From Collinsella sp. (GTDB lineage: Bacteria > Actinomycetota > Coriobacteriia > Coriobacteriales > Coriobacteriaceae): a DNA stretch of 64,000 bases. A program made the translations under genes and the position numbers. Where the stretch lies: assembly GCA_048321375.1 (NCBI GenBank), contig DBFDVR010000013.1, forward strand, positions 17,543 through 81,542, given 5' to 3'. This document shows positions 63,234 through 64,000 of the stretch, piece after piece (within the stretch, counting starts at the first letter, position 1; each line of letters begins with the position of its first letter). The notes under the pieces were generated by a model. The model was not told the origin of the DNA, did not search any database, and worked only from the letters and a program-made list of their open reading frames with translations.

Positions 63234-63376
63234 CTTCCATCTCCCAACAGCTGGCAACAATTGCAGCAATTGTACTCCTGTTGCTCGGGACTGGAATTTG
63301 TGGGTATCGCCTACGATTATGCCGAACGTATAAAGGAAGAGTCTATTGGCGATGCTTCCAAGGTGGCTACCGAAGC

Positions 63377-63758
63377 CTATCTGACCTTGGGATATAGAAA
63401 AACTGCCACCCCTGCAAAAAGCTCTGCCGCAGCGTTGGGAAACGCATCTTCTGGGCATTCCGGCGTCTCCAGCCAGCGCTGGACTGCTGCTGTCGCCTGC
63501 GCGTTGGCGAGCGGGGCGTGGGGACCGTCCGGCGACCAACGGTGACGGGCGAGCCCTGCCGCGTACGTGGGACTCCATCGGCGTAGACCCATGACCCCCA
63601 TGGCATCGGAGAAGTTCACCATGGCGTCCAGGACTTTACCGTCCGGCACGTCCAGCCTAGCGGCTCTCTTGAACCCAAGGTTGAAAGGGGGCGTTGTACA
63701 AGGCGAATGGGGCCGAGTGGAAGTGGATCAAAAGAGCGTTACTTGACGTTTCATGCAT
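63377..63758 (-). pseudogene. Degraded DEDDh 3'-5' exonuclease
   Basis: YNAPF/(frameshift)NLGF resembles ExoII; HAPLANAQATAAV resembles ExoIII with catalytic Asp lost. Confidence 0.6.
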
Positions 63759-63824
63759 AATGCCAACCGCCCCGCGACATCACGTTCGCAGCGCGCAGGG
63801 GCCGGAGAATCTTCGCGATGAGAG

Positions 63825-63853
63825 TTGACGTCTAATACCTTGCATCGTATAGT
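63825..63853 (+). promoter_or_regulatory. Sigma70-type promoter
   Basis: TTGACG-N17-TATAGT. Confidence 0.7.
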
Positions 63854-63890
63854 GTGTATAGCATAGTATATGACGAGAGGAGGTGTGCGG

Positions 63891-64000
63891 ATGGAGGCAC
63901 AGATGAAGCGCGGCTTCCTGGAGGCCTGCGTGCTCGCGGCCGTCTCCGGCGAGGAGTCCTACGGCTACCAGATCGTGAAGGACGTACCGGCGAGCATGGG
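63891..64000 (+). CDS. PadR-family regulator (runs off the window)
   Basis: AGGAGG RBS; MEAQMKRGFLEACVL...SYGYQI. Confidence 0.88.
   Translation, partial: MEAQMKRGFLEACVLAAVSGEESYGYQIVKDVPASM

Overview
High-GC chromosomal window, most likely from a Coriobacteriia gut actinobacterium (Collinsella-like; inferred from gene content and codon style). The backbone holds a P1B-type metal ATPase operon, tmRNA, rplM-rpsI, glmM-PTS EIIA-nagB, a STAND/BTAD regulator, yhbY, metF plus a split metH, type III glnA, tRNA-Glu, a fused murT-gatD, adh plus two gldA paralogues, ychF, an asparaginase, guaA and a type II topoisomerase pair. A ~7.1 kb decayed island sits at the guaA 3' end, bounded by CGAGTGGGA repeats. 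It carries orphan lantibiotic-immunity genes with a two-component system, TetR and HsdS fragments, and an AAA ATPase. After it come a MerR-controlled detox cluster, two more operator-preceded ATPases, and a LuxR / Tat+sortase surface protein / lipoprotein block. The most unusual signals are non-coding. (1) Structured elements downstream of both tmRNA and tRNA-Glu have ends that copy the T-arm of their own neighbouring RNA gene, first inverted and then direct. (2) A 32-bp perfect inverted-repeat element is flanked on one side by a strand-specific loss of C at synonymous sites in the adjacent gene. (3) A 62-bp palindromic tandem array follows the tmRNA elements. Family names come from motif recognition only; no searches were run.
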